Part shown: in pieces, positions 28,199 to 38,336 of the stretch
Position numbering within the stretch: the stretch's first letter is position 1
Layout: each line of letters begins with the position of its first letter
DNA from: Polyangia bacterium
GTDB lineage: Bacteria > Myxococcota_A > Polyangia > JACRCY01
Length of the DNA: 64,000 nucleotides
Reading direction: 5' to 3'
Assembly (NCBI GenBank): GCA_036504295.1
Contig: DASXVK010000718.1
Span: 339-64,338 of the forward strand
Position numbers and translations under genes: made by a program
Notes under the pieces: model-generated
What the model was told of the DNA's origin: nothing
Seen by the model: only the letters and a program-made list of their open reading frames with translations
Database searches by the model: none

Positions 28199-28264
28199 GC
28201 CGCGATCATAGCACGTGGCGGCGCGCGGGGGTGGTATGCTCGCCCGCTCGAAGGAGGCAGGACC

Positions 28265-28948
28265 ATGACCAAGGCGGATGGCGGGGCGCGCGCGGGCGGG
28301 GGCAAGGGCGAGGCGCTCGGCAAGGCGTTCATCGGCATCGCGGGCCTCATCGGCGCGGGCAAGACCACGCTCGCGGCGTCGCTCGCCCAGCAGCTCGAGC
28401 TGGCGGTCCACTACGAGCCGGTCATCGACAACGAGTACCTCGACGACTTCTACCGCGACACGAAGCGCTACGCCTTCGCGATGCAGATCTACCTGCTCAA
28501 CCGGCGCTTCCAGCAGCACCAGGAGATCATCTGGCGCGGCAACGGCGGCGTGCAGGACCGGACGATCTACGAGGACGCGATCTTCGCCAAGACGCTGCGC
28601 GACCTGGAGCTGATGGACAACCGGGACTACGAGACCTACCTCACGCTGTTCCGCAACATGTCCAACTTCATGTGCCGGCCCAACGTCATCATCTACCTGG
28701 ACGTGACGCCGGAGAAGTCCCTCGAGCGCATCAAGCTGCGCGCGCGCGGCAACGAGGTCGGGGTGGGCGTCGAGTACCTCACCCGGCTCTACGCGAACTA
28801 CGAGGAGTTCCTCGGCGAGATCAGCCGGCTCATCCCGGTGATCCGCGTGCAGTGGAACGAGTTCATGGAGACGGAGAAGCTCGCGGACGCCATCACCCGC
28901 GAGTACACGAGCCACAGCTTCCTCCGGGAGCTGACGCAGCGGGTGTAG
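28265..28948 (+). CDS. Deoxynucleoside kinase family protein
   Basis: ATG 28265 follows AAGGAGG. The P-loop is GLIGAGKTT, and dNK-like motifs YEPV..N.YLDDFY, LLNR and QDRTIYED are present. Confidence 0.85.
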   Translation: MTKADGGARAGGGKGEALGKAFIGIAGLIGAGKTTLAASLAQQLELAVHYEPVIDNEYLDDFYRDTKRYAFAMQIYLLNRRFQQHQEIIWRGNGGVQDRTIYEDAIFAKTLRDLELMDNRDYETYLTLFRNMSNFMCRPNVIIYLDVTPEKSLERIKLRARGNEVGVGVEYLTRLYANYEEFLGEISRLIPVIRVQWNEFMETEKLADAITREYTSHSFLRELTQRV

Positions 28949-28963
28949 CCGGGGCGGCCGGAC

Positions 28964-30352
28964 ATGCGACGCCGTCACGGGTGGGTCGTGCTCGGCGCGC
29001 TGCTCGCGGCGCTCGCGCCGGCGGCCGCGCGCGCGCAGGCGCAGGCGCCCACGCTGCCCTTCACGAAGTACACGCTGCCGAACGGCCTCACCGTCATCCT
29101 CTCCGAGGACCACCGCCTGCCGCTCGTCGCCGTCAACGTCTGGTACCACGTCGGGCCGGTGCAGGAGGCGACGGGCCGCACCGGCTTCGCGCACCTCTTC
29201 GAGCACATGATGTTCCAGGGCTCGAAGCACGTGCCCGCGCGGCAGATCAGCATCCTCGAGGCCGCCGGCGCCTCGAGCATCAACGGCACGACCGACTTCG
29301 ACCGGACCAACTACTTCGAGACGATGCCGCGCAACCAGCTCGCGCTCGCCCTGTGGCTCGAGAGCGACCGCATGGGCTTCCTCGCCGACGCGATGTCGCC
29401 GGCGAAGCTCGAGAACCAGCGCGCCGTGGTGCAGAACGAGCGGCGGCAATCGGTGGAGAACGCGCCGTACGGCATGGCCGGCGAGCGGATGATCCAGCTG
29501 CTCTATCCGCCGGGCCATCCGTACCACGCCAACGTCATCGGCTCGCACCAGGACCTCGAGGCGGTCCAGCTCCCGGACGTCGTCGAGTTCTTCCGCAAGT
29601 ACTACGCGCCCTCCAACGCGTCGCTCGCGATCGTCGGCGACTTCGATCCCGCGAAGGCCCGCGCGCTGGTCGCCAGGTACTTCGGCGCGCTGCCCGCCGG
29701 GCCCAAGGTCGAGCCGGTGAAGCCGATCCCGCTCGCCATCGCGAAGGAGAAGCGCGCCGCGCTCACCGACCGCGTGCAGCTCCCGCGCCTCTACCTCGCC
29801 TGGCTGTCGCCGAGGATCTACCAGCCCGGCGACGCCGAGGCGGACCTGCTCGCCAAGGTGCTCGGCGGCGGCCGCTCGAGCCGGCTGTACCAGCGGCTGG
29901 TCTACGAGAAGAAGATCGCCCAGGACGTGACGGCGCTCCAGTACTCGCTCATCCTCGGCTCGCACTTCGTCGTCGCGGTCACGGCCAAGCCCGGGCAGTC
30001 GCTGGCCGTCATCGAGCGCGAGATCGACGCCGTGCTCGACGAGCTGCGGCGCGCGCCGATCCCGGCGGCCGAGCTCGGCCGCGCCAAGCGCACCCGCGAC
30101 GCGCGCTTCCTGCGCGCCCTCGAGAGCCTCGGCGGGTTCGGCGGCAAGGCCGACCGCCTCAACCAGTACGAGCACTACCTCGGCGATCCAGGCTGGCTCG
30201 ACCGGGACCTCGCGCGCTACCGCGCGGTGACCGCGACCGGCATCCAGGACCTCCTGCGCACGCACCTGACCCGCGACCGGCGGGTGGTCGTGGCGGTCAC
30301 GCCGCGCGTGGACCAGCCGGCGACGCCGGTGGCGCAGGGAGGTGCGAAATGA
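28964..30352 (+). CDS. M16 (pitrilysin/insulinase) family zinc peptidase, catalytic subunit type
   Basis: It has a signal peptide and the inverted zinc motif HxxEH in GFAHLFEHMMFQGS. Confidence 0.9.
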   Translation: MRRRHGWVVLGALLAALAPAAARAQAQAPTLPFTKYTLPNGLTVILSEDHRLPLVAVNVWYHVGPVQEATGRTGFAHLFEHMMFQGSKHVPARQISILEAAGASSINGTTDFDRTNYFETMPRNQLALALWLESDRMGFLADAMSPAKLENQRAVVQNERRQSVENAPYGMAGERMIQLLYPPGHPYHANVIGSHQDLEAVQLPDVVEFFRKYYAPSNASLAIVGDFDPAKARALVARYFGALPAGPKVEPVKPIPLAIAKEKRAALTDRVQLPRLYLAWLSPRIYQPGDAEADLLAKVLGGGRSSRLYQRLVYEKKIAQDVTALQYSLILGSHFVVAVTAKPGQSLAVIEREIDAVLDELRRAPIPAAELGRAKRTRDARFLRALESLGGFGGKADRLNQYEHYLGDPGWLDRDLARYRAVTATGIQDLLRTHLTRDRRVVVAVTPRVDQPATPVAQGGAK

Positions 30353-31809
30353 GCCGCGCCGGAACCCTCCTCGCGGCGCTCGCGCTCGCCCTGGCGGCCG
30401 CCCCCGCCGCGAGCCGCGCCCAGGCGCCGGCGGACGCGGCGGCGTGGCGCGCCGTGCAGCCCAAGCCCGCGGGCGCGATCACGTTCCGCTCACCCAGGGT
30501 GCAGAAGCTCAAGCTCCAGAACGGCATCCCGGTGTGGCTCGTGGAGCGCCACGGCCTGCCGCTGCTCACCGTGACCGCCATCGTCCGCGCGGGGTCGGAG
30601 CGGTCGACGGCGCAGACCGCCGGCCTGCCGAACCTCGTCAACCGCATGCTCGTCGAGGGCACGACCACGCGCGGCCCCATCGCCATCGCCGAGGAGAGCG
30701 ACGCGCTCGGCGCCCGCCTCGGGCGCTACACCGGCATGGACGTCAGCCTCGTCGCGATGGACATCCTCGCCGAGGCGCTCGACGCGTCGCTCGACCTCTT
30801 CGCCGACGTGGTGCTGCGCCCGGCGTTCGCGCCGCCCGAGCTCGAGCGCGTGCGCCACGAGCTGCTCGCCGACGTGCTGCAGCTCAAGGACGAGCCGGCG
30901 CGCATGTCGGTGCAGCTCGCCGAGACCGTCCTCTACGGCCCGCAGCACCCCTACGGCATGCCCATCCGCGGCACCGAGTCGTCGCTCAAGCGCCTCGCTC
31001 GTGCCGACGTCGCCGCCTTTTACCAGGCCCACTACGTCGCGCCGAACGCCATGCTCCTCGTCGTCGGCGACACCACGCCGCAGGCGATCCTGGCGAAGCT
31101 CGAGGCCCGCTTCGGCGCGTGGCCCGGCGGCACGCCGCAGCCGGTGACGCTGCCGCAGCCGCCGGCGGTCGCCGGCCCGGTGATCTACCTCCTCGACCGG
31201 CCGCGCGCGCCGCAGGCCTTCGTGCGCTTCGCCGCGCTCGGCCTCGCGCGGCGCGACCCGGCGTTCGAGGTCGGCGAGCTCGCGAACGAGGTCTTCGGCG
31301 GCGCCTTCAGCAGCCGCCTCAACATGAACCTGCGTGAGCAGCAGGGCTACACCTACGGCGCCCACGCCTACCTCGTCGGGCGGCGCACCCCGGGCCCGTT
31401 CACCGGCGGCGCCGCGGTGAAGACGGCCGTCACGGCCGACGCGATCCGCGAGCTGCTCGCCGAGCTCGACGGCATGCGCACGCGGCCGCCGACGGCGGCG
31501 GAGCTCGACGAGGCGCGCGGCCGCATGCTGCTCTCGCTCGCCGGCCACTTCGAGACCACCGGCCGCACCGCCCGCACCCTGGACACGCTGATGGTGCACG
31601 GCTTCGCCCCGACCTACTACGACGGCCTCGGCGCGCGCCTGCGTCGCCTGGGGCCGAAGGCGATCGCGCGCTTCGCCCCGCGCCTCTACGACGCGAGGCG
31701 TCTCGTCTTCGCCGTCATCGGCCCGCGCCGCGAGCTCGAGGCGGACCTGGCGAAGGTCGGCACCGTCACGGTCGTCGACCAGGCCACGCTCGACCGCCTC
31801 TTCCCCTGA
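30349..31809 (+). CDS. M16 family peptidase-like protein lacking the HxxEH motif (non-catalytic partner type)
   Basis: It has an ATGA overlap with the preceding gene and a signal peptide (MSRAGTLLAALALALAAAPAASRA). The equivalent position reads GLPNLVNRMLVEGT. This is the last 486 aa of track ORF 28231..31809. Confidence 0.8.
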   Translation: MSRAGTLLAALALALAAAPAASRAQAPADAAAWRAVQPKPAGAITFRSPRVQKLKLQNGIPVWLVERHGLPLLTVTAIVRAGSERSTAQTAGLPNLVNRMLVEGTTTRGPIAIAEESDALGARLGRYTGMDVSLVAMDILAEALDASLDLFADVVLRPAFAPPELERVRHELLADVLQLKDEPARMSVQLAETVLYGPQHPYGMPIRGTESSLKRLARADVAAFYQAHYVAPNAMLLVVGDTTPQAILAKLEARFGAWPGGTPQPVTLPQPPAVAGPVIYLLDRPRAPQAFVRFAALGLARRDPAFEVGELANEVFGGAFSSRLNMNLREQQGYTYGAHAYLVGRRTPGPFTGGAAVKTAVTADAIRELLAELDGMRTRPPTAAELDEARGRMLLSLAGHFETTGRTARTLDTLMVHGFAPTYYDGLGARLRRLGPKAIARFAPRLYDARRLVFAVIGPRRELEADLAKVGTVTVVDQATLDRLFP

Positions 31810-31823
31810 GCCCGAGGTGCCCG

Positions 31824-32219
31824 ATGCCGATCCGCCCCACGCGCTTCTCCGCCGCCGTGCTGCTGGGCGCCGTCCTCTCATCGACCGGCTGCCTGGTGAG
31901 CGGGCCCGACCAGCCCCGCTTCACCGTCATGCGGACCGGGCTCGTCTATCCCCGCCGCGCCCCCGACTGCGTGATCGACTTCCCCAGCCTGCGGATCGAG
32001 GAGGCGATGGCGCGCCGGCTCCCGCAGGTCGGGATGATCACGCTCACCGGCGGCGGCGCGACGGACTTCACCCCCGCGCTGCGCGAGCAGGTGCGGGCCA
32101 CGGCCTGCTCCCTCGGCGGCGAGATCGTGCTCTTCAACGCGGCGATGGACCTCGCGCCCGGCCACGGGATGAGCCAGTTCTTCGTCTTCCGCGCCCGGCC
32201 CGAGGCGCCGCCGCCGTAG
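31824..32219 (+). CDS. Small lipoprotein, hypothetical
   Basis: The signal is MPIRPTRFSAAVLLGAVLSSTGC with a lipobox. Confidence 0.55.
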   Translation: MPIRPTRFSAAVLLGAVLSSTGCLVSGPDQPRFTVMRTGLVYPRRAPDCVIDFPSLRIEEAMARRLPQVGMITLTGGGATDFTPALREQVRATACSLGGEIVLFNAAMDLAPGHGMSQFFVFRARPEAPPP

Positions 32220-32259
32220 CTCCCCGTCAGGCAACAACGAGGCTCGCCTGCGGCTCGCC

Positions 32260-32775
32260 TCAGGCGCGCAGCTCGCCGAACCGCACCAGGAAGAGCTGCT
32301 CGGCGGTCGCCGGCCCGAGCGGCACGATGGTCTCGCCGAGCGCCGCCGCGGTGAGGCCCCACGGCGCCGGCGGGGGCGCCATCAGGTCGCGCAGCTCCGT
32401 CGCGAGCATCACCTCGTCGGCGTGGTGCACCGCCTCCGGCATCGGCCAGGGCAGCCCGTACTGCGCGACGATCACGGCGAGGAGCCGGTCCTCGGCCTCG
32501 CGGAACGCGGGCGCGGTGTGCTTGAGCGGCCGTGGCAGGTCGCTGACGTACGCCTCGGCCGCGTCGTGCAAGAGGCCCCACAGGCTCAGCTCCGGCGGCA
32601 GCAGGCGCGACACGCGCACCGAGTGCTCGGCCACCGAGTAGAAGGTTCGGCAGTGGCCGTTGAAGCGGCACTGCAGCGCCAGGCTGTGCGCGATGTCCGC
32701 GATGTCGACGTCCGCCGCCCGCGGCTCCAGCGGAAAGAACTGCCGCCCCGTGAAGGTCTCGATCCACGCCGCCAT
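32260..32775 (-). CDS. HD-domain phosphohydrolase
   Basis: The H...HD...D pattern is present: VAEHSVRV and LLHDAAEAYVSDLPRPLK. Confidence 0.75.
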   Translation of the reverse strand: MAAWIETFTGRQFFPLEPRAADVDIADIAHSLALQCRFNGHCRTFYSVAEHSVRVSRLLPPELSLWGLLHDAAEAYVSDLPRPLKHTAPAFREAEDRLLAVIVAQYGLPWPMPEAVHHADEVMLATELRDLMAPPPAPWGLTAAALGETIVPLGPATAEQLFLVRFGELRA

Positions 32776-32841
32776 CGCGGTAGTCTACGCCGCGCCCCCC
32801 CGCCGTGCACGCGGGGGCGCGCCCGCCGACACGAGCGCGGT

Positions 32842-33525
32842 TCAGCGCGTCCGATGGGCGTACTGGGCGAGCGCCCGGCGCAGGTCCGCGGCCGCCCACG
32901 GGACCCTCAGGCCCTGCGCCTGACCCGCGAGGAGGGACGAGGCCGTCGTCGGGCGCCGGTAGAGCACGGCCGCCCGGTCGGCGTCGTTCGTGACGGTCGC
33001 GCCGGCGAGCGCGCTGACGGCGAAATCGGCCTCGCGGTCAGCGTACGCGTACACATCCGCGCGCTCGATCCCGGTCGTCCCGGTCGGCCCGGCCACGACC
33101 GATACCTCGGTGCCGAGCCTGAGACCGCCGACCATGAAGCGGTCCAGGGCCGCGGCGTTGTTGAGGACGAGCAGCACGCTCGACCGCTCCGCGCCGCCCG
33201 GCGCTCCCCGGCTGCCGCCGGTCGTGGTCACGAGGGAGGGGGAGCTGAAACGGCCCCCGGGCTGATGCCCGAGCACGACACCGCCGCCGTGCGGGCCGCC
33301 GGGCCCCGCCTGCGCCCCCGCCGGAAGGATCACGATCCCGTGGCTGTTCGCGAGGACCTCCGGCGGGATCCGCTGCCCGGGCGCGCGGCTCGTCATCTCC
33401 TGCAGGACGGTGCGCGCGTTCGTGACGAGCGCGAGGGCGTCGTCACGCTCGTCGGCGGGCGCGCGGCCGCCCGTGAGCATGACCGCGGCCATGTCTGCAA
33501 TTATCAGCAATGAACGGGTACTCAT
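32842..33525 (-). CDS. SYLF (Ysc84-like) lipid-binding domain protein, secreted
   Basis: ATG 33525 follows AGGAAG and an N-terminal hydrophobic segment is present. The body resembles SYLF domains (GIVILP, GGGVVL, LGTEVSVVAGP). This is a moderate-confidence family call. Confidence 0.6.
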   Translation of the reverse strand: MSTRSLLIIADMAAVMLTGGRAPADERDDALALVTNARTVLQEMTSRAPGQRIPPEVLANSHGIVILPAGAQAGPGGPHGGGVVLGHQPGGRFSSPSLVTTTGGSRGAPGGAERSSVLLVLNNAAALDRFMVGGLRLGTEVSVVAGPTGTTGIERADVYAYADREADFAVSALAGATVTNDADRAAVLYRRPTTASSLLAGQAQGLRVPWAAADLRRALAQYAHRTR

Positions 33526-33709
33526 CTGAGTTTTCTTCCTCTCGGCTGCCGGACGCGTGCGCCTCGACGGCCACATGGGCCCAAGTGACGGCGGGGCGGC
33601 GCGGCGTCAAGGGCCGTCGCCCGCGTCCCCGCGGGTGCGGGGGCCCCGCGCGCTCGTGCCCTGCGGCCGCGCCTGCGCTATGCTGCGCGCACCGCACGAG
33701 AGGTCCCCG

Positions 33710-35488
33710 ATGACGCGCACCCGTCTCACGCTCTTCGCCACCGCCGTCGCGGTCGCCGCCGGCGTCGCCGCCGCCCGCTCCGCGGCCGCGTGCACGAACT
33801 TCATCATCACCCGCGGCGCCGCCGCCGACGGGTCGACGATGATCACCTACGCCGCCGACGCGCACAACCTCTACGGCGAGCTGTACTACACGCCCGCCGG
33901 CCGCCACGCGCCGGGCGCGACGCGCGAGATCATCGAGTGGGACACCGGCAAGCGCCTCGGCCGCATCCCGCAGGTGCCGGTCACCTACTCGGTGGTCGGC
34001 AACATGAACGAGCACCAGGTCTCGATCGGCGAGACCACGTTCGGCGGCCGCAAGGAGATCGAGCAGTCGAAGGGCGACATCGACTACGGCACCCTCATGT
34101 ACGTCGCCCTCGAGCGCGCCCGCACCGCCCGGGAGGCGATCCAGGTCATGACCGACCTCGCCGTGCGCCACGGCTACAACAGCGAGGGCGAGTCCTTCTC
34201 CGTCGCCGATCCGCGCGAGGCCTGGATCCTGGAGATGATCGGCAAGGGGCCGACGGAGAAGGGGGTCGTGTGGGTCGCCCGCAAGATCCCCGACGGCTAT
34301 GTCGCGGGCCACGCGAACCAGGCCCGCATCCGCCAGTTCCCGCGCAACGACCCGCAGAACACGCTCTACGCCAAGGACGTGGTCGACTTCGCCCGCAAGC
34401 GCGGCTGGTTCAAGGGCAAGGACGCGGACTTCAGCTTCGCCGACACCTACGCGCCGCTCACCTGGGACGCGCTCCGGGCGTGCGAGTCGCGCGTGTGGAG
34501 CATGTTCCGCCGCGTCAACGCCGACGCGCGCCGCTACTTCGACTGGGTCAACGGCAACGAGAAGGCGCCGATGCTGCCGCTGTGGATCAAGCCCGACCGC
34601 AAGATCGGCGTGCACGACCTCATGGAGCTCATGCGCGACCACTTCGAGGGCACGCCCTACGACCTCTCGAAGGGCGTCGGCGCCGGGCCCTACGAGCTGC
34701 CCTACCGCTGGCGGCCCATGACCTACAAGGTCGACGGCGCGAAGTACATCAACGAGCGCGCGACCTCGACCCAGCAGACCGGCTTCTCCTTCGTCGCGCA
34801 GATGCGCGCGTGGCTGCCGGGCCCGATCGGCGGCGTGCTGTGGTTCGGCGTCGACGACACCTACAGCACGGTGTACGTGCCGATGTACTGCGGCATCCGC
34901 GAGGCGCCGAAGGCCTTCGCCGTGGGCACCGCCGACTTCAAGACCTTCTCGTGGGAGTCGGCGTTCTGGGTCTTCAACTTCGTCGCGAACTACACCTACT
35001 CCCGCTACCGCGACATGATCCGCGACGTGCGGCAGGTGCAGGGCGAGCTCGAGGCCGGCTTCCTCGCGCGGCAACCCGAGGTCGAGGAGACGGCGCTCAA
35101 GCTCTACCGCCAGGGCCCGGGGCTCGCGCGCGACTACCTGACGGAGTACTCGGCGAAGCAGAGCGCGGCCGTGCTGCAGCGCTGGCGCAAGCTGGGCGAG
35201 CAGCTCATCGTCAAGTACCTCGACGGCAACGTGCGCGACGAGAGCGGCAAGCCGACGCACCCCGGCTACCCCGAGGCGTGGAACCGCCGGATCGCGCGCG
35301 ACAGCGGCGAGTCGTGCAAGGTCCGCCGGCTGGCGAACGAGCCGCCGGAGGAGGCGCCGAAGCCGGCGGTGGCACCGGCGGGCGCGCACGGAACGCCGCC
35401 GGTGAAGGCGCCGTCGCAGCAGCCGCAGCCGCAGCCGCCGAAGCCGGGGCAGAAGCCGGTGGCGCCGGGCCAGCCGCCGCGACCGTAG
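33710..35488 (+). CDS. Peptidase family C69 dipeptidase (secreted), with a Pro/Gln-rich tail
   Basis: A signal peptide is followed directly by the nucleophile Cys in AACTNFIITRGAAADGSTMITYAADAH. Length and motifs are typical of C69. Confidence 0.85.
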   Translation: MTRTRLTLFATAVAVAAGVAAARSAAACTNFIITRGAAADGSTMITYAADAHNLYGELYYTPAGRHAPGATREIIEWDTGKRLGRIPQVPVTYSVVGNMNEHQVSIGETTFGGRKEIEQSKGDIDYGTLMYVALERARTAREAIQVMTDLAVRHGYNSEGESFSVADPREAWILEMIGKGPTEKGVVWVARKIPDGYVAGHANQARIRQFPRNDPQNTLYAKDVVDFARKRGWFKGKDADFSFADTYAPLTWDALRACESRVWSMFRRVNADARRYFDWVNGNEKAPMLPLWIKPDRKIGVHDLMELMRDHFEGTPYDLSKGVGAGPYELPYRWRPMTYKVDGAKYINERATSTQQTGFSFVAQMRAWLPGPIGGVLWFGVDDTYSTVYVPMYCGIREAPKAFAVGTADFKTFSWESAFWVFNFVANYTYSRYRDMIRDVRQVQGELEAGFLARQPEVEETALKLYRQGPGLARDYLTEYSAKQSAAVLQRWRKLGEQLIVKYLDGNVRDESGKPTHPGYPEAWNRRIARDSGESCKVRRLANEPPEEAPKPAVAPAGAHGTPPVKAPSQQPQPQPPKPGQKPVAPGQPPRP

Positions 35489-35614
35489 CGCCGTCCCGGG
35501 GCGGCGCGACCATCCGCACCGAACTGGACAAAACGCGCCACTTCGACCCGACATGGGCGCCCATCGCGCCGCAAGTGGCCGTCGGCTGCCAGTTCCGCCG
35601 ACATGGGGAGAGAG

Positions 35615-36397
35615 ATGGAGACGAAGCTCACGGCCGTGGAGGCGCGGGTCCTCGGATGCCTGGTGGAGAAGGAGCTCGCGACGCCCGAGTACTACCCGCT
35701 CAGCCTCAACGCGCTCGTCAACGCGTGCAACCAGAAGAACAACCGCGACCCCGTGATGACGCTCGCCGAGCCGGAGGTCCGCGCCGGGCTCGAGGGGCTG
35801 CGGCAGCGGGGCCTCGCGCTGCAGGCGGCCGAGAGCGCCCGCGTCGCGCGCTACGGCCACAACCTCGGCGGCAAGCTGCACCTCGCCGAGGAGGAGACCG
35901 CCGTCCTCTGCGAGCTGCTCGTGCGCGGCCCGCAGACGGCCGGCGAGCTGCGCGGCCGCGCCGCGCGCCTGCGCCCGTTCGCGGACGTCGGCGCGGTCGA
36001 GGCCGTGCTCGAGGGCCTGATCGCGCGCCAGCTGCCGCTGGTCGCGAAGCTGCCGCGCCAGCCCGGCCGCAAGGAGTCGCGCTACGCGCAGCTGCTCGCC
36101 GAGGCGCCGGTGGAGGCGCAGGTGGCGGCGCCGGCGGTCGCGCCGGCGTTCGCGCCCGCCATCGAACCGCCCGCGGCAGCAGAGGAGCTCCTCGCGCCAC
36201 CGCTGGCCGCCGCTCCACCCGCTGCTGCCGCGCCGCCGCGGCCCGCCGCCCCGCCCGCCGCGGCGCCGCCCGCTTCGACTCCCGCCGACGAGCGTGTCGC
36301 GGCGCTCGAGGACGAGGTGCGCGACCTGCGCAGCGAGATCGAGATCCTCAAGGACGACCTGCGCCGCGTGCAGGAGCGGCTCGACCGGATCGCGTGA
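35615..36397 (+). CDS. YceH/DUF480 family protein with a long Ala/Pro-rich linker and a C-terminal coiled-coil extension
   Basis: METKLTAVEARVLGCLVEKELATPEYYPLSLNALVNACNQKNNRDPVM closely parallels the E. coli YceH N-terminus. ATG 35615 follows GGGGAGAG. Confidence 0.8.
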   Translation: METKLTAVEARVLGCLVEKELATPEYYPLSLNALVNACNQKNNRDPVMTLAEPEVRAGLEGLRQRGLALQAAESARVARYGHNLGGKLHLAEEETAVLCELLVRGPQTAGELRGRAARLRPFADVGAVEAVLEGLIARQLPLVAKLPRQPGRKESRYAQLLAEAPVEAQVAAPAVAPAFAPAIEPPAAAEELLAPPLAAAPPAAAAPPRPAAPPAAAPPASTPADERVAALEDEVRDLRSEIEILKDDLRRVQERLDRIA

Positions 36398-36630
36398 GGC
36401 GGCGCCCGCGGCCCGCGAGCGGCGACGGCAACCAGGCGCTTGCCGTGACGTCGCTGCAGGTGACCGACGCCACCACGCCTTTTGCGCTGACGCTCTTCGC
36501 CCCTCTTCTGCGCCGCGCGCGGCGCGCCGGGAGCGAGCGGCGCCGGGGCGGCGGGGGCGAAGTACCCGTACACGAGTTATCGCCGCGCGCTCCCGAGCTA
36601 CGGCGTCCACGAGGCGCACCCCCGCCCGCG

Positions 36631-36667
36631 GCTGCCGTAGGATGTCGGGACGCCGCGCTACGGCAGC
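36631..36667 (+). other. 10-bp-stem hairpin upstream of the low-GC gene
   Basis: GCTGCCGTAG (36631..36640), a 17-nt loop, then CTACGGCAGC (36658..36667). There is no T-tract. Confidence 0.4.
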
Positions 36668-36737
36668 TCCGTCAGGTTGACGAACGCTATGTGAAGCAGC
36701 CCGTGAGGGCGAACCCAGGGATGCTCAAGGCGTCCGG

Positions 36738-37268
36738 ATGGAAATGAGCATGAGGTACTACTCGATCCTATTCAGCAGCAGCAAGACATTCGGAGTAGCC
36801 CGGTTCAATACGGAGGAGTTGCTCTTCCTTCCAGCTGACGGGCCGGTAGTGGGTTGGCAGCCGCTCACGGGCACACTGGGCAGAGGGGAGGAATCCGATT
36901 ACCTTGCGAGCAACCTGGCTTTCCGGATCTGTTCTGCTCGTATGCGCGCGATCTTAGAGGAGCTCGCGACCCCGGCCGATGTGCTCCAGTGGTTACCGGT
37001 TCACGTGGCGAACAGCCGGGCCGAACTGCGCGAGTACCACGTACTGCACTTTCCTGCTCCGCCCGACGTGATTGACCGCGACCGAAGCATCATCATGGAT
37101 GACGACGTCATCGTCAAAGTGCTACTTTGCGCCGAATCCGCGGCGCGCCATGCCGTGTTCTCCTATCCTGGCGGAGGGAGCACGACATTTCTTGTCAACG
37201 GGGAAGTAAAGAAGCGGCTGCAGAAGGCTGGTTGCACTGGGATCCAGTTCTTCCCTGAACCTCGGTGA
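36738..37268 (+). CDS. Imm11/DUF1629-like putative polymorphic-toxin immunity protein (orphan)
   Basis: GC content is clearly below the window average. The start is one of ATG 36738, 36744 or 36750 (MRYYSILF). Its organisation and C-terminal TFLVNGEVKKRLQKAGCTGIQFFPEP resemble DUF1629 family ends. The family call is tentative. Confidence 0.45.
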   Translation: MEMSMRYYSILFSSSKTFGVARFNTEELLFLPADGPVVGWQPLTGTLGRGEESDYLASNLAFRICSARMRAILEELATPADVLQWLPVHVANSRAELREYHVLHFPAPPDVIDRDRSIIMDDDVIVKVLLCAESAARHAVFSYPGGGSTTFLVNGEVKKRLQKAGCTGIQFFPEPR

Positions 37269-37482
37269 CGATGCGAGTGGGTCTGTGCGGGCGTGACCGG
37301 GCGGGCGCGGCTGTGTCTCTCGCAAGCAACGGGTGCGCGCCGATGTCCGCCCTGTGCTCCAGAGATCACGAAGCTGCCGCGGCCGGCGGCGAAGCAGCGG
37401 CCGCGCTGCCGTTCGTGCTCACTTTGCCGGATCACCGGCTGCATCCCGTAGTGAACGCCTGATCCGCCGTTAAGCGGCCGGC

Positions 37483-37553
37483 CACTTCTCCTTCTGGCGG
37501 AAGTGATGTTCGCCGCTGCAGGGCGGCAACGGGCACTTCCGCTGGCGGAAGTG
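37483..37553. repeat. Two REP-like palindromes upstream of the ORF6N gene
   Basis: The imperfect CACTTCtccttctggcgGAAGTG lies at 37483..37505. The perfect 20-bp CACTTCCGC-TG-GCGGAAGTG lies at 37534..37553. Confidence 0.7.
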
Positions 37554-37631
37554 AACCGTGATACCCGGCGCCCCGCTCTGACGGGCGCGTGGCGGGCGAA
37601 ATCCGGACGGCGTCCGAGATCCGGACAGTCC

Positions 37632-37650
37632 CGCCACGACGGTCGTGGCG
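37632..37650. promoter_or_regulatory. 19-bp perfect palindrome, possible operator upstream of the ORF6N gene
   Basis: CGCCACGAC-G-GTCGTGGCG lies about 120 nt upstream of ATG 37772. It is preceded by the direct repeat ATCCGGAC at 37601 and 37619. Confidence 0.25.
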
Positions 37651-37771
37651 CATCCCTGCGTTCTGCCGGGTGTAGGGGTCTGGCACGACTCGTGCTTTCT
37701 TTTTGGCGGCGCGCCTCATGACGGCCCCGGTTCGCCATGGCATGTTGGAATCAGCGCGCGGTGGGAGCGAC

Positions 37772-38314
37772 ATGAGCGAGACCACACCCGCGCAGTCCGC
37801 ATCCGAGGCGCTGACGCTCGTGAGCTACGGCGGCGCGAGCCGCCCCATTCTCTTCATTCGTGGCTGCAAAGTGATGCTCGACGCCGACCTCGCCTCGCTC
37901 TACGGCGTCCGGACCTCTGCGCTGGTGCAGGCGGTCAAGCGGAATCGCTCGCGGTTTCCCTCGGACTTCATGTTCCAGCTCACAAGCGAGGAGGTCGCGG
38001 TCTTGAGATCACAGTCTGTGATCGCAAGATCGTGGGGCGGCCGACGCACGTCGCCGTATGCCTTCACCGAGCAGGGCGTGGCGATGCTCTCGAGCGTGCT
38101 ACGGAGCGAGCAGGCCGTGCAGGTGAACATCGAGATCATGCGGGCATTCGTGCGCCTGCGCGAGCTGCTGGCGTCCAATGCCGATCTCGCTCGGAAGCTG
38201 GCGGCGCTCGAACAAACGTACGACGCCCAGTTCAGGGCGGTGTTCGACGCGATCCAGGCGCTGATGGCGCCGCAGCCCCGGCCGAAGGCGAGGATCGGCT
38301 TTCACCCGAAGTAG
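37772..38314 (+). CDS. ORF6N (KilA-N-related) DNA-binding domain protein
   Basis: ATG 37772 follows [51 protein letters not shown]...[42 protein letters not shown] matches the ORF6N family signature almost motif for motif. Confidence 0.8.
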   Translation: MSETTPAQSASEALTLVSYGGASRPILFIRGCKVMLDADLASLYGVRTSALVQAVKRNRSRFPSDFMFQLTSEEVAVLRSQSVIARSWGGRRTSPYAFTEQGVAMLSSVLRSEQAVQVNIEIMRAFVRLRELLASNADLARKLAALEQTYDAQFRAVFDAIQALMAPQPRPKARIGFHPK

Positions 38315-38336
38315 CGCCCAAATCGGCAGGCGGCGC

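Noticed and set aside
28231-30348. The first about 700 codons of the 1192-aa track ORF 28231..31809.
   Set aside because: This part is out of frame over the deoxynucleoside kinase and the first M16 peptidase genes, with an Arg/Pro/Ala-rich translation. Only the last 486 aa (the second M16 protein) are real.
33443-36619. 1058-aa minus-strand ORF.
   Set aside because: It is antisense to the C69 dipeptidase and YceH-like genes, with an Arg-rich translation.
37265-37462. 65-codon ORF, and the other short ORFs in the 37269..37771 spacer.
   Set aside because: They have no RBS and Ala/Gly/Arg-rich translations. The region is better explained as non-coding DNA carrying the palindromic elements.
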